A stretch of DNA of 64,000 bases, from positions 68,944,001-69,008,000 of the forward strand of contig OZ024745.1 in the NCBI GenBank assembly GCA_964016885.1, read 5' to 3'. The translations under genes and the position numbers were made by a program. Position 1 is the stretch's first letter. Every line of letters starts with the position of its first letter. The DNA is from Eledone cirrhosa (Eukaryota). Shown here in pieces: positions 36,701-51,109 of this stretch. The notes under the pieces were generated by a model. That model saw only the letters and a list, made by a program, of their open reading frames with translations. It had not been told where the DNA came from and made no database searches.

Positions 36701-39603
36701 AGGGGGTTAGACCTGTGATGCACAGGTGTTGCTTAGTTTAGCTTAAAGAACATGAAACCAGGATAAGTTCTGGGCTATATCCAATCCATTCAAGAATGGA
36801 AGATGACTAATTATACACTGAAAATACAGATTTAATTGCTTCTCTTTCATTTAACCATAAATTGAATAAGTAAAAGTGACAATTTTTCAAGCAACTTAAT
36901 TTGTATTCTTTAGTCCTTTCCTACTTCACCAGTCCTTTCTCTCCAATAGCCACCCTACCTGCCCCTTGCCCCTTGCCTTCATGTGCCCTTTTTGAATCTC
37001 CCAATAGCTCCAGGTGGAAGGGAGGGAAAGTTGATTATATTGACCTCAGTACTTAACTGATCCTGAGTGAATGGAGGGTAAAGTTGACCTCAACAGAATT
37101 TGAAATCAAAATGTAAAAGGGTGGACAAATGTTACAAAACAATTTTTTCCATTAAAAATCCATGATCCTCATCAATAATGGTTTCTAAGTTAGGCACCAG
37201 GCCAGCGATTTGGGAGGGCAGAGGAGTGGAATATATTGATTTCAGTCCATGATTGGTACTTTATTTTATTGAGACCAAAGGGATGAAATCAAAATTAATC
37301 TCAGCAGGGTAATAATTGAATTCCTCAAAGCATTCACCCAGATGGCAATTTGGTTGATTACACTTTTCAATACAGTATTGGATTGTTAATTTATTGAACC
37401 CAGACGAATGAAAGATAAAGGTGAGTTAAGCAGAATTTGAACTCAGAATGTGAAGAGCCAGATCAAATGCCACAAAACAATTTATCATTTGCCCTTAAAA
37501 AGACTGTGCCAACCTCACCAATAATAATAATAATAATAACAACAACAATAATCAATGAACATTTTACATAGAATTTTGTCTAACACTAAGCTCCAGTCAA
37601 AAAGTTTATATATGACAGCCTATAACCATCAAAAAGGTCTTTAATCATAGAATACTTATTTGTTTCTCAACTTGAACAATTTTTTTAGCAAGTTTATTTT
37701 TATTGTACTTTTTGAATACTATATTTTGGTATCATAGAGTTTTGTTCTGCAGGGAGAAAATATTTTCTCTTTTGTACATAAAATTATGTTGATTATGTGA
37801 CCCATGAATACAAAGTTTTTAATCTTCTGAAAGTCTTTTATAGCTATCTGATATTCAAGAGAGCAAGAGAGACTTCTTTAGAACCAAAATGTAAAAGACC
37901 AACACTATAAAAATATATATAAAGAAAAAAAATATAGCCAGCTGTATTAAAAGTAAAGAATTGAAGATTCCACTGCAAAAATATTCCAGTATTTTGAAAA
38001 AAAATGCCGAATATATCAGACAAAAAAGGAAAACAATACTATAGCTTTGTTTTTAACCAAGTTGGTTTTTCTTTGTCTTAATTTTAGGGAAATAGTTTGG
38101 GGATAAAAGATATATATATTTATATTTTATTTTTTGCATTAAAAAAATGAACTGATTTAGCAATCATGATTTTTGTTGTTGTCTATGCTTTGGGATTTTT
38201 TTAATTAGTTATTTCAATTCAAACAGAAAGGAAAAATCTTGAAAAGTAAACTCTTCTCTTGAAATACAGAATAGATAAACAGAACTGAAAATGTTTGGCA
38301 GAGAAGACAAAGGAAAATTCTAGAATAGTTGACAGTTCCACAAAGAAAGAGGCAGCCAATTTTACCAATATAACATGGATTAATTTAAGTATTCTTCTCT
38401 GATTTCAAACAATGCAGTATAAATTGGTTGTTTAGCGCTATTATAGAAATATGAACACAAAATAAACTATTTTCAACTTTGAAAAGTTTATAGCTGTTTT
38501 GTTGAGTACTACATATGTTAAAATTATATATAAGTATTTTTAAATGTTTTCAGATTGTCTGTATAAAAATATTTTTCTTATGTCATCAGACTTCATGGTG
38601 ATATTTAAAGGTTTATGTAACATGAATTTAATCAAATATCTGTTTATATATATAAATGAAATGAAGATATTTTAACTGCTGTTATAAAACAACTTCATCA
38701 TCGTCATCATCATTTTACACCCACTGTCCATGCTGTCATAGCCTAATACTAGATGAGTCAATGAAACTTCATATTTTTCATATATCCTATATTTAGCATA
38801 GTTTCTATGGCCGAATGCCCTTCCTAATGCCAATCAACTTACATTGTATACAGGGAGTATTTTACTGTAGCACTAACACTAGCGGAGTTCTTAGTTATTT
38901 GACATGACCAGAGGGTCCTCTCTCTACATAGATATAGCCTGTTCATTCAACACTTTAGAGAGTGGGTAATGAGTGTTCCATTTTGATACAGATACCTCAT
39001 CCACTGTAGGACCTCTCCATCCCATGTAGTCACCAATATCTTGCCACACACACAGACACCAAAAAAAAAGAAGTTTTTTGAAGAGTCGTCTTAAGATTGT
39101 AATTTTCCATTGTTATTGTTGTTTGTTACCTTCCCCAGCTTTTTTGTCCATTTCTCTACTGTCCTGTTTGTTCCATTTTCCACTTGTTTCATTATATTTC
39201 ACTTACCACATATTCCAATGCAACACAGTATTTTCCCATTTCTCTGACTTTTGGTTTACTATTATTAACTGTGACTAGAAATAATTATCTCATCTTTCAT
39301 ACTTCTGTCTTCCCTACCGAATTCAGCACTACTCTCTACTTGATTATCTCCCTTGTTCTACATAAGACCAGACAGGTCTGCTTCTATGTTAACTTCACAG
39401 ACATACTTCGACATAGACTCATACCTATTTACCCCACTGTGCTCCCTTGATCCTTCCTCTAGTGTTGTATTCTCCATGTTGCCTGTATTTTTCTTCTAAG
39501 TCTTACAACTTGTGGTTTGATATTGGTATCACAGTCATTTGTTCCTGCTTCTCAATAATTTTATGTCAGCTATCTATTTACATTTTTTTATATTTGTCTA
39601 GCC

Positions 39604-39793
39604 CAAAGGTTCTCAACGGGGGGCATATGCACCCCCAGGGGGGTGGAGGCGTTTCGGAACTCCAGGGGGGCGTTTAGGAGCAAGGTCGCGTTAGGGGGCG
39701 TTTGGAGCTGAGGGAGGGGGTTAGGGGGCACTGCGTTTCGTGATTTCGAGGGACAAAAGGGGGCGTTTGGCCTAAATGGGTTGAGAACCTGTG
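39604..39793. mobile_element. hAT MITE with 14-bp TIR and 8-bp TSD
   Basis: TIR CAAAGGTTCTCAAC / GTTGAGAACCTGTG (13/14); TSD GTCTAGCC at 39596-39603 and 39794-39801; internal GGGGGCGTTT subterminal repeats. Confidence 0.92.
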
Positions 39794-40670
39794 GTCTAGC
39801 CTATTCATTTGTCTGCATAATATTCTGTGCTTTATGTCTTTTCTGGACAACTTCTGCCTAATTTGGGAGTATTGAAATGATAAACTCTGGTTTTCTGACT
39901 GTTTACCTACTGAAAGACCATGAGTGTAGAGGAGTCAGCTGAAGATCAGAATTTTTTTGTTATTGTCATAAATTATTGTCATATTCCCTCTTTATCCCCA
40001 TTTCTATACTGTCCTGTCTGTTTGAGGTTTGTTCTATTTCTCATTTGTTTCATTATATTTAATTTAAATACATATATATAAAACAGGTATAGGCAGCAAA
40101 TTGGCAGAGTTGTTAGAACATTGGTTAGAATGCTTTGTGCTATACTTTCCATCTATCTGCTCTCTGTGTTGAAATCCTCCAAGGTCAAGTTGGTTGATAA
40201 AAGAAGTACCAGTTAAGTACTGGAGTCAATTCTTCCTCTATATCTCTTACTCACGTCCATTCTCTCTCTCTGAGAGAAATCTGCTTTTATTCAGACATGG
40301 AGAAGAGATGGCTCCATCAGGTTGTGAAAAATGTCCTTGAAATGCCTTATGTCAATAGATCATCTCTACAACACTTTCAGGAATTTTGAGACTATGCATG
40401 CATATAAAACAGGTAGAAAATATCACAGCCTGAAAAAAACCCATGGCACAAAATTTTATCCAAATTCACAAACTGTCCACAAACACACATGCATTATCAT
40501 TATCATCATTTAACGTCTATTTTCCACACCAGTATGGGTTAGACGGGTTGTCTCGTTTGAAGCAAGTTGGGTCAGGTGACCATGCCTTGCTCATAAAGCT
40601 GCATCTGGCTTGGTTTCTACGGCTGGATGCCCTTCCTTCTCTCTCTCTCTCTCTTATATATATATATATA

Positions 40671-40771
40671 CAGGGTGTCCCAAAAATATGCACACCCACT
40701 TCAACAGCATTCTAATAAATATTGCCTGTACAAGTAATCAAAGTGTGTATACATTTTTGGGGGACACACTA
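40671..40771. mobile_element. Tc1/mariner-type MITE in a (TA)n tract
   Basis: TA|CAGGGTGTCCCAAAAATATGCACAC ... GTGTATACATTTTTGGGGGACACACT|ATA. Confidence 0.75.
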
Positions 40772-40868
40772 TATATATAAGCAAAAGGCAAACAGAAATA
40801 ACAAAGCAAATGACACAGTACAATGAACAAATATATTATTGATTTTACACTTGATATAGTAGGAAAAG

Positions 40869-40904
40869 TCTTAACGTTTTGGACACTAGTCCTTCATCAG
40901 AAGA
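40869..40904 (-). ncRNA. Minimal hammerhead ribozyme remnant within a Penelope-like fragment (~40775-40950)
   Basis: Minus strand TCTT-CTGATGA-A-GGAC(TAGT)GTCC-AAAAC-GTT-AAGA; only G12 is altered (CGAAAC to CAAAAC, CpG-type change); palindromic ACGT stem III. Confidence 0.7.
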
Positions 40905-42513
40905 AAGAATGAGAATTGAAAGAAGAAATAGAATGGTTGAGGAGACGGGCAAACATATTTTTATATCTCAGAGGATTATATTATTTGTTCTTATATATAT
41001 CACTTATAAATAAAACATTTAAAATGTAACAATAATTTTTAATACTTAGTAGTTGTTTTTAATGAAACTCTGGAATTTCAATGTGGTCAGTTCATATATC
41101 AATGACTAATCTATCTTGATTCTTTTTTATATCATCATATATTTCATTTCATAAATCAGCCTTCCTCCGTTGATATCAAATGATACCCGTGACTGCCCCT
41201 TAGTTTTATAATACAAAACTGTTCCTTCTAAATTATTTATATGTATCTAAAAATCTTCCATTGTAATCTTATTTAAGAACATTGATTAAGTTATGCTCCA
41301 AACACTAAATAAATAATGAGAAAATTTAGTTATATTCTTACATCTCTGTAAAGTTTAGATTATTTTCAAAATTATTTCAAAATCATAGTGTATTTAATTA
41401 GAAAAATGGTAATAAAAGGGATTAAATCTCTCCTAAATATTCAAAAGAAAGGGCATGAGACAGGATAACATAGCCCTATATATAGAGTTTGAAAAGCTCA
41501 CTTGAGCAGGTCCTACATGGAATAAACAACAACAAAACAGCTAATTTGGATATTCACATTATTATAAAGTATTTAATGTAAACTAATGTAGAGATTTTCA
41601 TTATTAAATTTTTATGCAAAAAAAAAAAAAAGAAAAGTAGATTGCACTGTACACAGGTATTTGTTTGAAGTTGGTATTTATGCATGCATTTTCACTGGCT
41701 GTAACCTACCTGGTTACTGTATACTGTAGATTTGCACAGTTCTGTTGGCTAACCTATACTGGTAAGCTCCTACTGACTGTCTTCAATTGCTACATCTAGA
41801 GCAGAACATCATTGACTATGTATATTGCTTAAAATCACCAGACAGCTTTTATAAATGAAAGACAAACAACAGGTTTTTTCTCCCTCTATCAAACTTGCAT
41901 ACATCTTCATTCATACGTGTTCATATCACTAAAGCATTGCTTTTCCAATTTATCTAATTGATTTGTTTAATTACCAATACTTATTTTCTAAAAAAAAATT
42001 GTATCAAAGATTTTACACAGTACTGATGTACCACTATGATAAGAATACCAGTATTCTTCAAATATTAGGGTAAGTTTATACAAAAGCTCTAAGAAAAAAA
42101 TCAGTATTTTTTCCACCCCACAAAATCAAGCAGAATCATAGCAGAATGATACATGTGTATGCATGGCATGGGTTTCAATTAATTAAGTCTAATGAGATTT
42201 TGTTGTTTGAAATAAAGAAATGAAAATTGAGAAGGGAGTATTTAGAGATTAGATTAAGATTATAGTTTCAGTAAGATTTTAGGATTGGAATAAGATAAAT
42301 TTTAATACTTACATATGTGGCCTTACAAACATTCTATTACTACTACTACCTTTATATAAAGCTACAACTCAAAAGTCAACTTTTAAACTTCAAAGATTTT
42401 TATATATTTATTTTGTCAGTTAGTCCTATAAAACAACTATATAACAGGCACAATCTGTCACACACATTCACATTCATCTTTGTACAAACATTTTATGGCA
42501 CGATGTATGAATT

Positions 42514-42552
<39 letters not shown>

Positions 42553-43455
42553 GAATATATGTATACACACAAACATATATACCTTACTGATATATTGATT
42601 AGAGTCAGTCTGTGTGTATATGTATTTGTGAACAAATGTGTTCATGAGTTAAGTATATATATATGTGTGTGTGTGTGTGTGTTTGCATGTGTAGACATAG
42701 ATATATAGATATACATATATATACAAAACTCCATTTTGTATTTGCTGTTCTATTGTATTTATTTATTTTTATATATTTTTGTAAAACATGAATGACACAG
42801 CCACCTGTTACTAACTGGTATACAAAATAATGATTCCTCAAGAGATAAAATATCCTCTATTTCAAAAACTACTTTCTATTTTCAATCATTTAAATTACTA
42901 TCCTCATATTTGGTAAATTAAAGAAAAGAAAAATTCAAAGAAATTCAAATTTCATCATCATCATCATCATCATCATTTTATGTCCTTTTTATATGGCATG
43001 GGTTGGACAGGTCATTATGATAAAAAATTAGATGAATCAGAGAACCATATCTTGTTGATACAGGATGGACTGGGTGCATTATATTATGGCACCAGGACTA
43101 TCACTTTACACAGTGTACTGTGTGCATTTTAGCAAAGAACTAACTAAATTACCGCTTTATAAAATATACTGAGTGAGTTACTGAGTGTATTTTATTGTGA
43201 CTGCAGCACTGCCAATAATAAGGGTATGGAATGCATTTTATCATGGCATCATTTAAAAAATAATTCTTTCTTAAATTGGCACAATGCCAGCATTTTTATG
43301 TGTGGGGTATTCTATTTGACTTGACTTTCTCCTTTCCCCAATTTACTGGTTTTGTCTCAATTTAAAATACTGATATTATAATCATATAAGCTATTATTTC
43401 TATCCACATGATTACATCATAACCTTAGGTTATGCTAACCCTATATTCATAAATA

Positions 43456-43730
43456 TTTTTATGAAAATTACATCATCTTCATAATCATCATCATCATCAT
43501 TTTATGTTGTCTTTCCATGCTGACATTGGTTATATGCGTTATGATAGTCCAAGTCAGTTTTTATTCAAAGCTACAGCCCTCCTAGATGTGTTCATGTCAC
43601 TCAATGCATCTAGGCAGGCTGTAGCTTTGAATAAAAACTAACTTGGACTATCACAACACATACAACCAATGTCAGCAGGGAAAGGGAACATAAAATGATG
43701 ATTATGAAGATGATGTAATTCTCATAAAAA
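43456..43730. repeat. Inverted duplication, ~130-bp arms, ~10-nt loop
   Basis: GATAGTCCAAGTCAGTTTTTATTCAAAGCTACAGCC pairs with GGCTGTAGCTTTGAATAAAAACTAACTTGGACTATC; arms include (ATC)n and the SINE tail. Confidence 0.95.
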
Positions 43731-43734
43731 GGTT

Positions 43735-44010
43735 TGTGTATATAGGGTTGATGGCTGAAGAGTTCCTAACATCAACCTTAAGTTGTGAGAAAAACATACA
43801 GAAGACAACAGCATGGTGTCATCAAGATAGATACAGAACATTGAGAAAAAACGTTGGAGAAGGAAGGAAGACAAAAGGCTGTGACAAAAGTTTGCCAACT
43901 CCCAATCAAGGCAGTTACCTTCAGCTGTGACCTGTGGGGACAGTTTTTCTTTGCAAAAAAATCAGCCTTGTCAGCCACTAGTGTCACCGTCATGGATAAT
44001 AATACTGAAG
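43735..44010 (+). mobile_element. Decayed RTE-BovB-like 3' fragment
   Basis: Basic stretch then TFSCDLWGQFFFAK.(I)SLVSH, a degenerate version of the terminal C2H2 finger at 19670. Confidence 0.5.
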
Positions 44011-44122
44011 AGATGGAAAAATATTCTCAGAAATGAGGAAGAACAACCACTGTGATTAAGTATGTATATGTATATATATATGGATATGTATGCATATATG
44101 TATACATATATATGTAAATGTG

Positions 44123-44310
44123 CCAGGATTGGCTGAAAAGTTCATAGGCTGACCAAGATACAGTCATGGAATTACCAAATGAGGTTTTTCAACATAGTCC
44201 CTGGAAAGAAACAATGTCATTATCAATAAGAAAAGTTGAAATTAATGCATGTAAGATTTCACAGCTCTAGTATCACTCCTTCAGCTTATGAGTGTTTCAG
44301 CCCATCCTCA
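44123..44310. mobile_element. Mariner-like MITE
   Basis: AGGATTGGCTGAAAAGTTCATAGGCTGA / TCAGCTTATGAGTGTTTCAGCCCATCCT imperfect TIRs. Confidence 0.65.
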
Positions 44311-45639
44311 TTTGTAGTTATGCATATGTCTGTTTCCGTCTATGTCTGTCTTTATTTATGTCCTGTAACTTAGCAGTTTGAAGAATACAGAGTGATAAAA
44401 TAAGTACCTGGTAAAATACGATCAGTTAACTCAACTAACTCCCTTCAAGGTGGTGCCGCAGCATGGCCTCAGTCTAATGACTGAAACCAATAAAAAAAAA
44501 ATATGTCTGAACCAAAGTTAACAAATTGAGAACTTCATGTAAAATTTTCCACAGCTATTACAAAGCTGTTATTCTCAATATAATTGTTTAGTTCATACAA
44601 ATACTGTCTTTACTTATGTTAAGTGATGACTTTGATAATCTCTAAACTTAAATATTGCTGTACATTGAAAATATGAAGGAGTGTAAGCTGCAACATTTTA
44701 TCTGTTTACAATATTCTAGTTCTTTCCTTGTGTAAGCTGTTGTATTGAACAAAGCCAACATTATGTATTCACTAAATTTTCCATATAAGATATAAATTTA
44801 GTTGATGTCTTAGTAACCCTTACTTCTAAAGTAACTACTATGCTAATGTGTTTTCTGATACATTATACTGTAAACTGTTGTAGCTTAGTGGTTACGGTGC
44901 AAGATTTTGAGTTAGATTCCCAGTAGCACATTGTTTCCTTGAACAAGACATTTAATTTCATGTTGCTCCAGTTCCCACGGCAGACAAAAATGAATTATAG
45001 CTCTAATTTAAAGGGCCAACCTTGTCACACACTGTGACATGTTAAATTTCTCTGAGAAATTTGTTAAGGGTGAAACCACTTGCCCATTAATTTCATGAGC
45101 AGGCTGTTCCATTGTATGAACTACTAGAAACTTGATGTTGGAACGGATGAAGGTCCAACACACACATGCATGCACACACACACACATAAACTATGCTGTT
45201 TGTGCAGAACAGATGTTTTTAGCTATTGTACTGTGGGACACTAGTGTGCAAAGAATGCTCCACAGCTGTGCTCAAGTTTTCTTAGTGAGTTGAAAAATGC
45301 CAGGATATTTAGAAAACCAGTGCATCTGTATGTATTGCTTTATAGCAAATCAGAATGCATGAAGCTATCTTGCTTTCAAAACAATTTTAATATTCATAAT
45401 GTTTTTTTTATGTAAAATAATGTAAAATGTTATTGTTTAGTGTAGGATGCACCGAAAACACTCTGTAAAGTGTTTGACAAACACTGGTGTCACAATAAAA
45501 TGCACCCAAGACACCTGTAAATTGTTTTACAAATAGACTCCAGCCAAAATAAACATGCTAAAAATGTGATGTCTTATTGGTAAATGGTGGTGTTTCTATA
45601 ACATTTGAGGCTAATTAGGATTACCTTGGTGAAGCAAAC

Positions 45640-46300
45640 TTAGTCACATTCATTGTACGATAGAGATTCTTTTATTCCTTTCTAAGGGATAATAGGTGGT
45701 TAACGTCTTCCATATATTTACCAGCTCATTTTTAACCCAGCATATGCAATTTCGGCTGTTTTTGAATTCTGTAGCACCAGTTGCAATTAGTTTCCCCTGT
45801 TCCACCCTATCTCACACAAGATCTTTCCATCTGCCAGTATCAATGTAAAACTTGCACTCTTAACATTTTTTCTCTAACATCTCATAATGGGACGTAACAA
45901 GTACCTTGTTTTCTTTAACCCAATCTTGATTTTTATGTTTAACAAGACTAAATGTAATGGCAGTAGCTGCTTGCTAAAGCTGACACATGGGTCATCATTG
46001 CCAATGATGCTGAGTGTTTGTGTAGTTTCTTGATACTGTTTACATTTTTCAGGACACTTTAACAGAGACACATCAATACATCACGGAATCTTTGCATCCC
46101 TGCATCTTTACTAACTATGGAGAGTAACCTGCTAGGAGGCTTGTAAGTGATGATGCTCCATCCAACACTCAGCGCAATGCAAACAGTGAACAGACATGAC
46201 ATCTGCTATGTCTTTCCTCCAGACAATATCATAATCAAGATGTGCCAGTGACTTGAACATGGGTCATTCCATGTTGCCTTATATTTATCCTTCTGCTTGA
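45640..46300 (-). mobile_element. Decayed RTE endonuclease-region fragment
   Basis: Minus strand KATWNDPCSSHWHI, then after a frameshift DYDIVWRKDIADV, resembles RTE EN motif TWMHPRSKHWHLIDY. Confidence 0.55.
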
Positions 46301-47519
46301 ACCAACTATCGGTTATCTAACTCCTGGCATAGTTATAATAAGAGGAAACATTTGTCACTACATTTTCCCTTTTGCTGGCAACCAATGCAACTTCACAATT
46401 CATAATCACAACTGACTCGGGCATTGAAATTCCCCAACTTCAACAGTTTGTCATTCTTATGTAATCAGAGGAAATTCCCTTTTCTAAAGAAATGTTAAAA
46501 AAAAAAAAAAAAAAGACACTCTGATATCTTAAATTTTAATAATATTCCTCATCATCATTTTACGTCCATTTTTCCAAGCTGGCATAGGTTAGATGGTACA
46601 TCAATCCAAATTATTTTCAAATTTTAATTATATTGCAGCTCTTAACAAATTTAGCAAATTGCTTAGTATCTAATGAACTCTTTCCAAGCTGCATCAGGAT
46701 CTACTTTACTCTAATTTATATTGAACATAACTATAGTCATTACACAGACATCAACTATATTACTCTAAATTTAGTGATAGTCTTGCTCAAATTCTAAAAC
46801 TGATGTGTCTTCAGAATCAAGGTTGATAACTGAAGGCAAAATTCATTTTAATTTTCCAATAATTTTGTACTAAGAACAAAGAAAAGAAAATATTTTAATC
46901 TAAACAAATGAAAATTACTTGTTCTAAGAGAATTAAATATTATTTCCTTTAACAAAAATCAATTTAAAACAATATATAATGTAGTATTCAATAATAAAAT
47001 TAATTATCAGTGTTTGTTTCAAAGTTATAAGTAATAATTATATAATCAATAAAATTCATTTCCTTAAAAGAATAAAAGTGAAGCCTGAAGATTTTATTGT
47101 CTTCCTTCTTGAAACAACCATTACTTTAAATTTAGAGTTAGGTAATTTTCAATATTTTAACTGTCCTATTGTATGGTATCGTCCTGTAACTCCTGGTGGA
47201 CTCATAGGGGCGCCATAGTAGCATACAGATTTCTGGGACATTTTAAGCTGGTGGAGCTCATCCATCTCTAGGTCTGAAAACAGCCTATTTCTTCCTGTGA
47301 AAGATAAAAAGTGATAGAGGAAGAATCGACCCCAGTACTAAACTGGTACTTTTTATTGACCTTTGAATGATGAAAGACAAAGTTGACATTGGTGGCATTT
47401 GAATTCAGTGAGTAGAGAGCTGGAACAAATACCACAAAGCTGTCTATCTGACATAACTCTTGCCACTTAACTGTCCTATAGAATATGATACTTTAGCAAT
47501 CAAATTATTCGTAACACCA

Positions 47520-47825
47520 TCCACTTATTCCAGGTAGGGGTGGAGTCTGAGTCCTCAAACACCTCTTTCAAAGGGTCATATCAGAAGCAGCCGTTTACAA
47601 ATGATACAGCTGGAACCCCAAGTAAAAACAACCAAGCTCATCTATTTTATCTAACTATCTTGCTCCTGGTCTCCATCTGTGTCTCCTGTTGGATGGCTTT
47701 GCCTGTAAAATCTATCCAGTGATTTTTTTTCTTTAGACATTGTAGCCACATGTCTATAGTACCAGAGCTGTGATCTCTTAATAACGAAAAGTAGTGGCTC
47801 TACTTGCAATTACTCCCTGATCTAA
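47520..47825 (-). mobile_element. Decayed RTE (Expander/Rex3-like) 3' fragment
   Basis: Homologous to 60640-61020 (GAGTCCTCAAACAC..., CAGAGCTGTGAT). Confidence 0.6.
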
Positions 47826-48219
47826 TTATTATATGATTATCTTTAATTATATAATTATGATTATTTATTTAATTATCTACCATTTTTTTCTTCTGTTTCA
47901 GTTTTCTAGACAGCTAGACTCATTATCATTATTTTGAACAATGATATTAAGTAATGTAATAAATTAATCGTATTAACGTTTTTTGAATCTGTTAAATTTT
48001 GTTTTGAAAGAGATGGCATAATTGTGAGACTAAATTCCCCAAATACACGATATTTCATTTGTTTACTATCATTTTTTCCTGATGTGACACTGAACATAAC
48101 ATGTGTATAGATAGATAATTACAGTAATGTATTAATTGATAAACACTATGATGAAGTGGTTACAAAGTTCATTTTGCTATCATGAGGAACCGTGTTTGAT
48201 ATCATATCAAATTTTTCAT

Positions 48220-49267
48220 TAACCCGTTTGATATCAAATTGCCTGAAACTACCTCAAGTTCTATGATACAAAATTTTCTAAAGTGCTTATATTTGTCTAA
48301 AACCTTTCTATCATAATTTTATGAAAGAACCTCTGATAAGTTATGTTTGAAACACTTTTGGCACAAGGTCAGCAATGAGAAGGGAAGGTGGAAGTCAATT
48401 AAATCGACCAGTGCATTACTGGTACTTTATTTTATTGATCCCATAAGGATGAAAGGCAAAGCTAACCATGGCAAGGTTTGAACTTTGACAATAAAGGGGT
48501 ATAACTATATGCCGCAAATCCTGCTGTCCAATGCTCTACCGATTCTTCCAATCCACTGCCCTCACACCAGATAAATAATTGTTTCTACTTGAGGCACAAG
48601 GCCACCAATTTGAAGAGGAGGGGTAAGTTGATTAAATCGACCCCATAAGGATGAAAGGCAAAGTTAACATTGGCGGGATTTGAACTCAGAACGTAAAGAT
48701 CTATAACTCTCTGTTGCAAAGCATGGTGTCTGATGTTCTACCAATATTGGACTGGTAATCCACTGCCTTTACAACATATAAATAATTGTTTCTACATTTG
48801 GCACAGGGCCAGCAATTACCCAATACATTACTGGTACTTTATTTTATTTACCCCGTAAGGATGAAAGCCAAAGTTAAGCTCGGCAGGATTTTAATTCAGA
48901 CCATAAAGGGCCGTAACTCTTTGCTGCAAAGCATGGCGTCAGACCCTCTACCGATACTGCCAATCCACCACATAAATAATTGTTTCTATTTTTGGCACAA
49001 GGCCAGCAATTACCCAGTACATTACTGGTACTTTATTTTATCGACCCCGTAAGGATGAAAGGCAAAGTTAACCTCGGTGGGATTTGAACTCAGATCATAT
49101 AGGGACGTAACTCTATGCTTCAAAGCATGGTGTCCAACTCTCTACCGATACTGCCAATCCACAATGAAAGTTAGTTATATTACTGAATCCCTCCAAATGT
49201 TTTATTATTTAAGAAAACTATTTTTAAATTAGTGTTTTTCATTAAAAATAAGGTAATGAATGAGTTA
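48220..49267 (-). mobile_element. TTAA MITE interrupted by four head-to-tail Meta-like SINE copies (~48350-49162)
   Basis: TTAACCCGTTTGATATC start, GAGTTAA end; four GGATGAAAG.CAAAG.TAA..../GATTTGAACTC units inside. Confidence 0.75.
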
Positions 49268-51107
49268 ATCAACTGTGGCATTGCAATATTGTGTTTGCTG
49301 AGTATTCAGGAGTAAATTTGACAGCAGTTCAAACTACTTATGAAGTTAGGGTAAGGAATTGGCAGTGAATTCAGTACATTTACAATATGGCTGAGGTTCA
49401 TCTGGGAACTATCCTTAGCCTCTGCTTTTTTTTTTTTTAGCATATTCTTTGAGAAGGTAAAACAAATATTGCAAAGGCCTGAGGACCTAGTGGTTAGGGC
49501 TTTGGACTCACAAATATAAGGATGTTTGTTCAATTAGTTGACTGGGGTTCCTATCATTAAAACACCTGAAAAACCTGCTATGAGATGTAACTTGCTAATA
49601 GAGATGTAAAATGTCAATTGCTCTAACAATTTCCCGAATCCACTGAATTAGATTGGTATATTATTTCTTTGAACCAGAAACGGTGAAAGATAAAATTGAC
49701 CTTGGCAGGATTTGAACTCAGAGATCTGGAACAAATACAACAAGATATTTTGTCCTCTGTTCTAACCACTTTGCCAATTTGTCACTTAACCTTTATACCA
49801 GATGAAAATAGACTTGTTTGATGCTTTAGGATGTGTGGTGTTGAGAACCCAATATTGTGTATGCTGTATATACAAGAGATACACAAATACTGTAGTGAAA
49901 ATATAGCAGCTACAGTTTAGAAGAGATGGGAAGAGAGCGAGTTGTTGTTTGGACAAAGGTCAATCCTGATGAAACAGACATGATCAATGCTATTCTAGCC
50001 ACAACCATCCTGTCATAGTATATCTGGCTCAACATTGTTCAATATGTCCTTTCTGTTTTAAGACAGTAAGGTATGATTTGAGGGAATTCCACTGCTATTT
50101 CTACCAGATCAAGCAACTATATAAAGTCTCTATTGTTGGCTCATCCTTATTGGTTATTGTATCAAGGAGAATGATTGATTGTATGGATATGCAATGATAA
50201 TCATGAAATGAGTTCAGTAAATGGAAAGACATCATTGTCATCATAAGTTTTATATCTCCTTCTCCATATTGGTATAGGTTGGACATGACTTTGTGAAGTA
50301 GTGCTTAATGATTGAATTTTTATCTTCATAACCCTTTTAGTAGCAGGTATGCAGTGTATTTATTCTAAAAACAAGGATACAGAAGAAGTGGTGAAGTTTG
50401 TTCTATGGTTTGGGGGCAATAGAGACAAGAGGACAACTTTTTGAAAGACATAAAAAATGCATACTAATATCTGCATTATGAAATGCTTTTCCCATAATAG
50501 CATTAACCCTTTTGTTACCATATTTCTAATAAAACACAGCATATGATTTTCGAATAATTTCGAAATTATTTAAGAATCTTGAGGGATTTAGAAATATGGT
50601 TTCTGATTTAGGTACAAGGCCTACACATTTTTGGGAAGGGAAAGTCGATTAAATTGAACCTAGTACATTACTTTATTGATCCCATAAGGATGAAAGGCAA
50701 GGCTAACCATGCCAGGATTGGAAATCAGAATGTAAAGGGACATAACTATATGCTTTAAAGCATGTTGTTCGATGTTCTGCTGATACTACCAATCCCCTAC
50801 CCTAAGGGATTTAGAAATGTAACCCCATTGTAAAACTGGTGTTTGGACAAAACAAAAGTTGTTATATAAAATTATGATGAAAGGTTTTTTAAGGGGTGAC
50901 TTTATGTGATTTCATATCAAAAGGATTAATAAAATTGATAGGGTGAATGAAATAGAAAATATTTAGAGATTGTAAATTGATTTCAAGCATCATTGTTGAA
51001 ACAAAACTTCAGCAACAGGTGTTGTTAAACAAATTCATTTTGTCAGTTCAACATTTAATAATAATATCACTGGATTGAATTACAGTTCACAGTAGGTAGG
51101 TAGGTAG

Positions 51108-51109
<2 letters not shown>

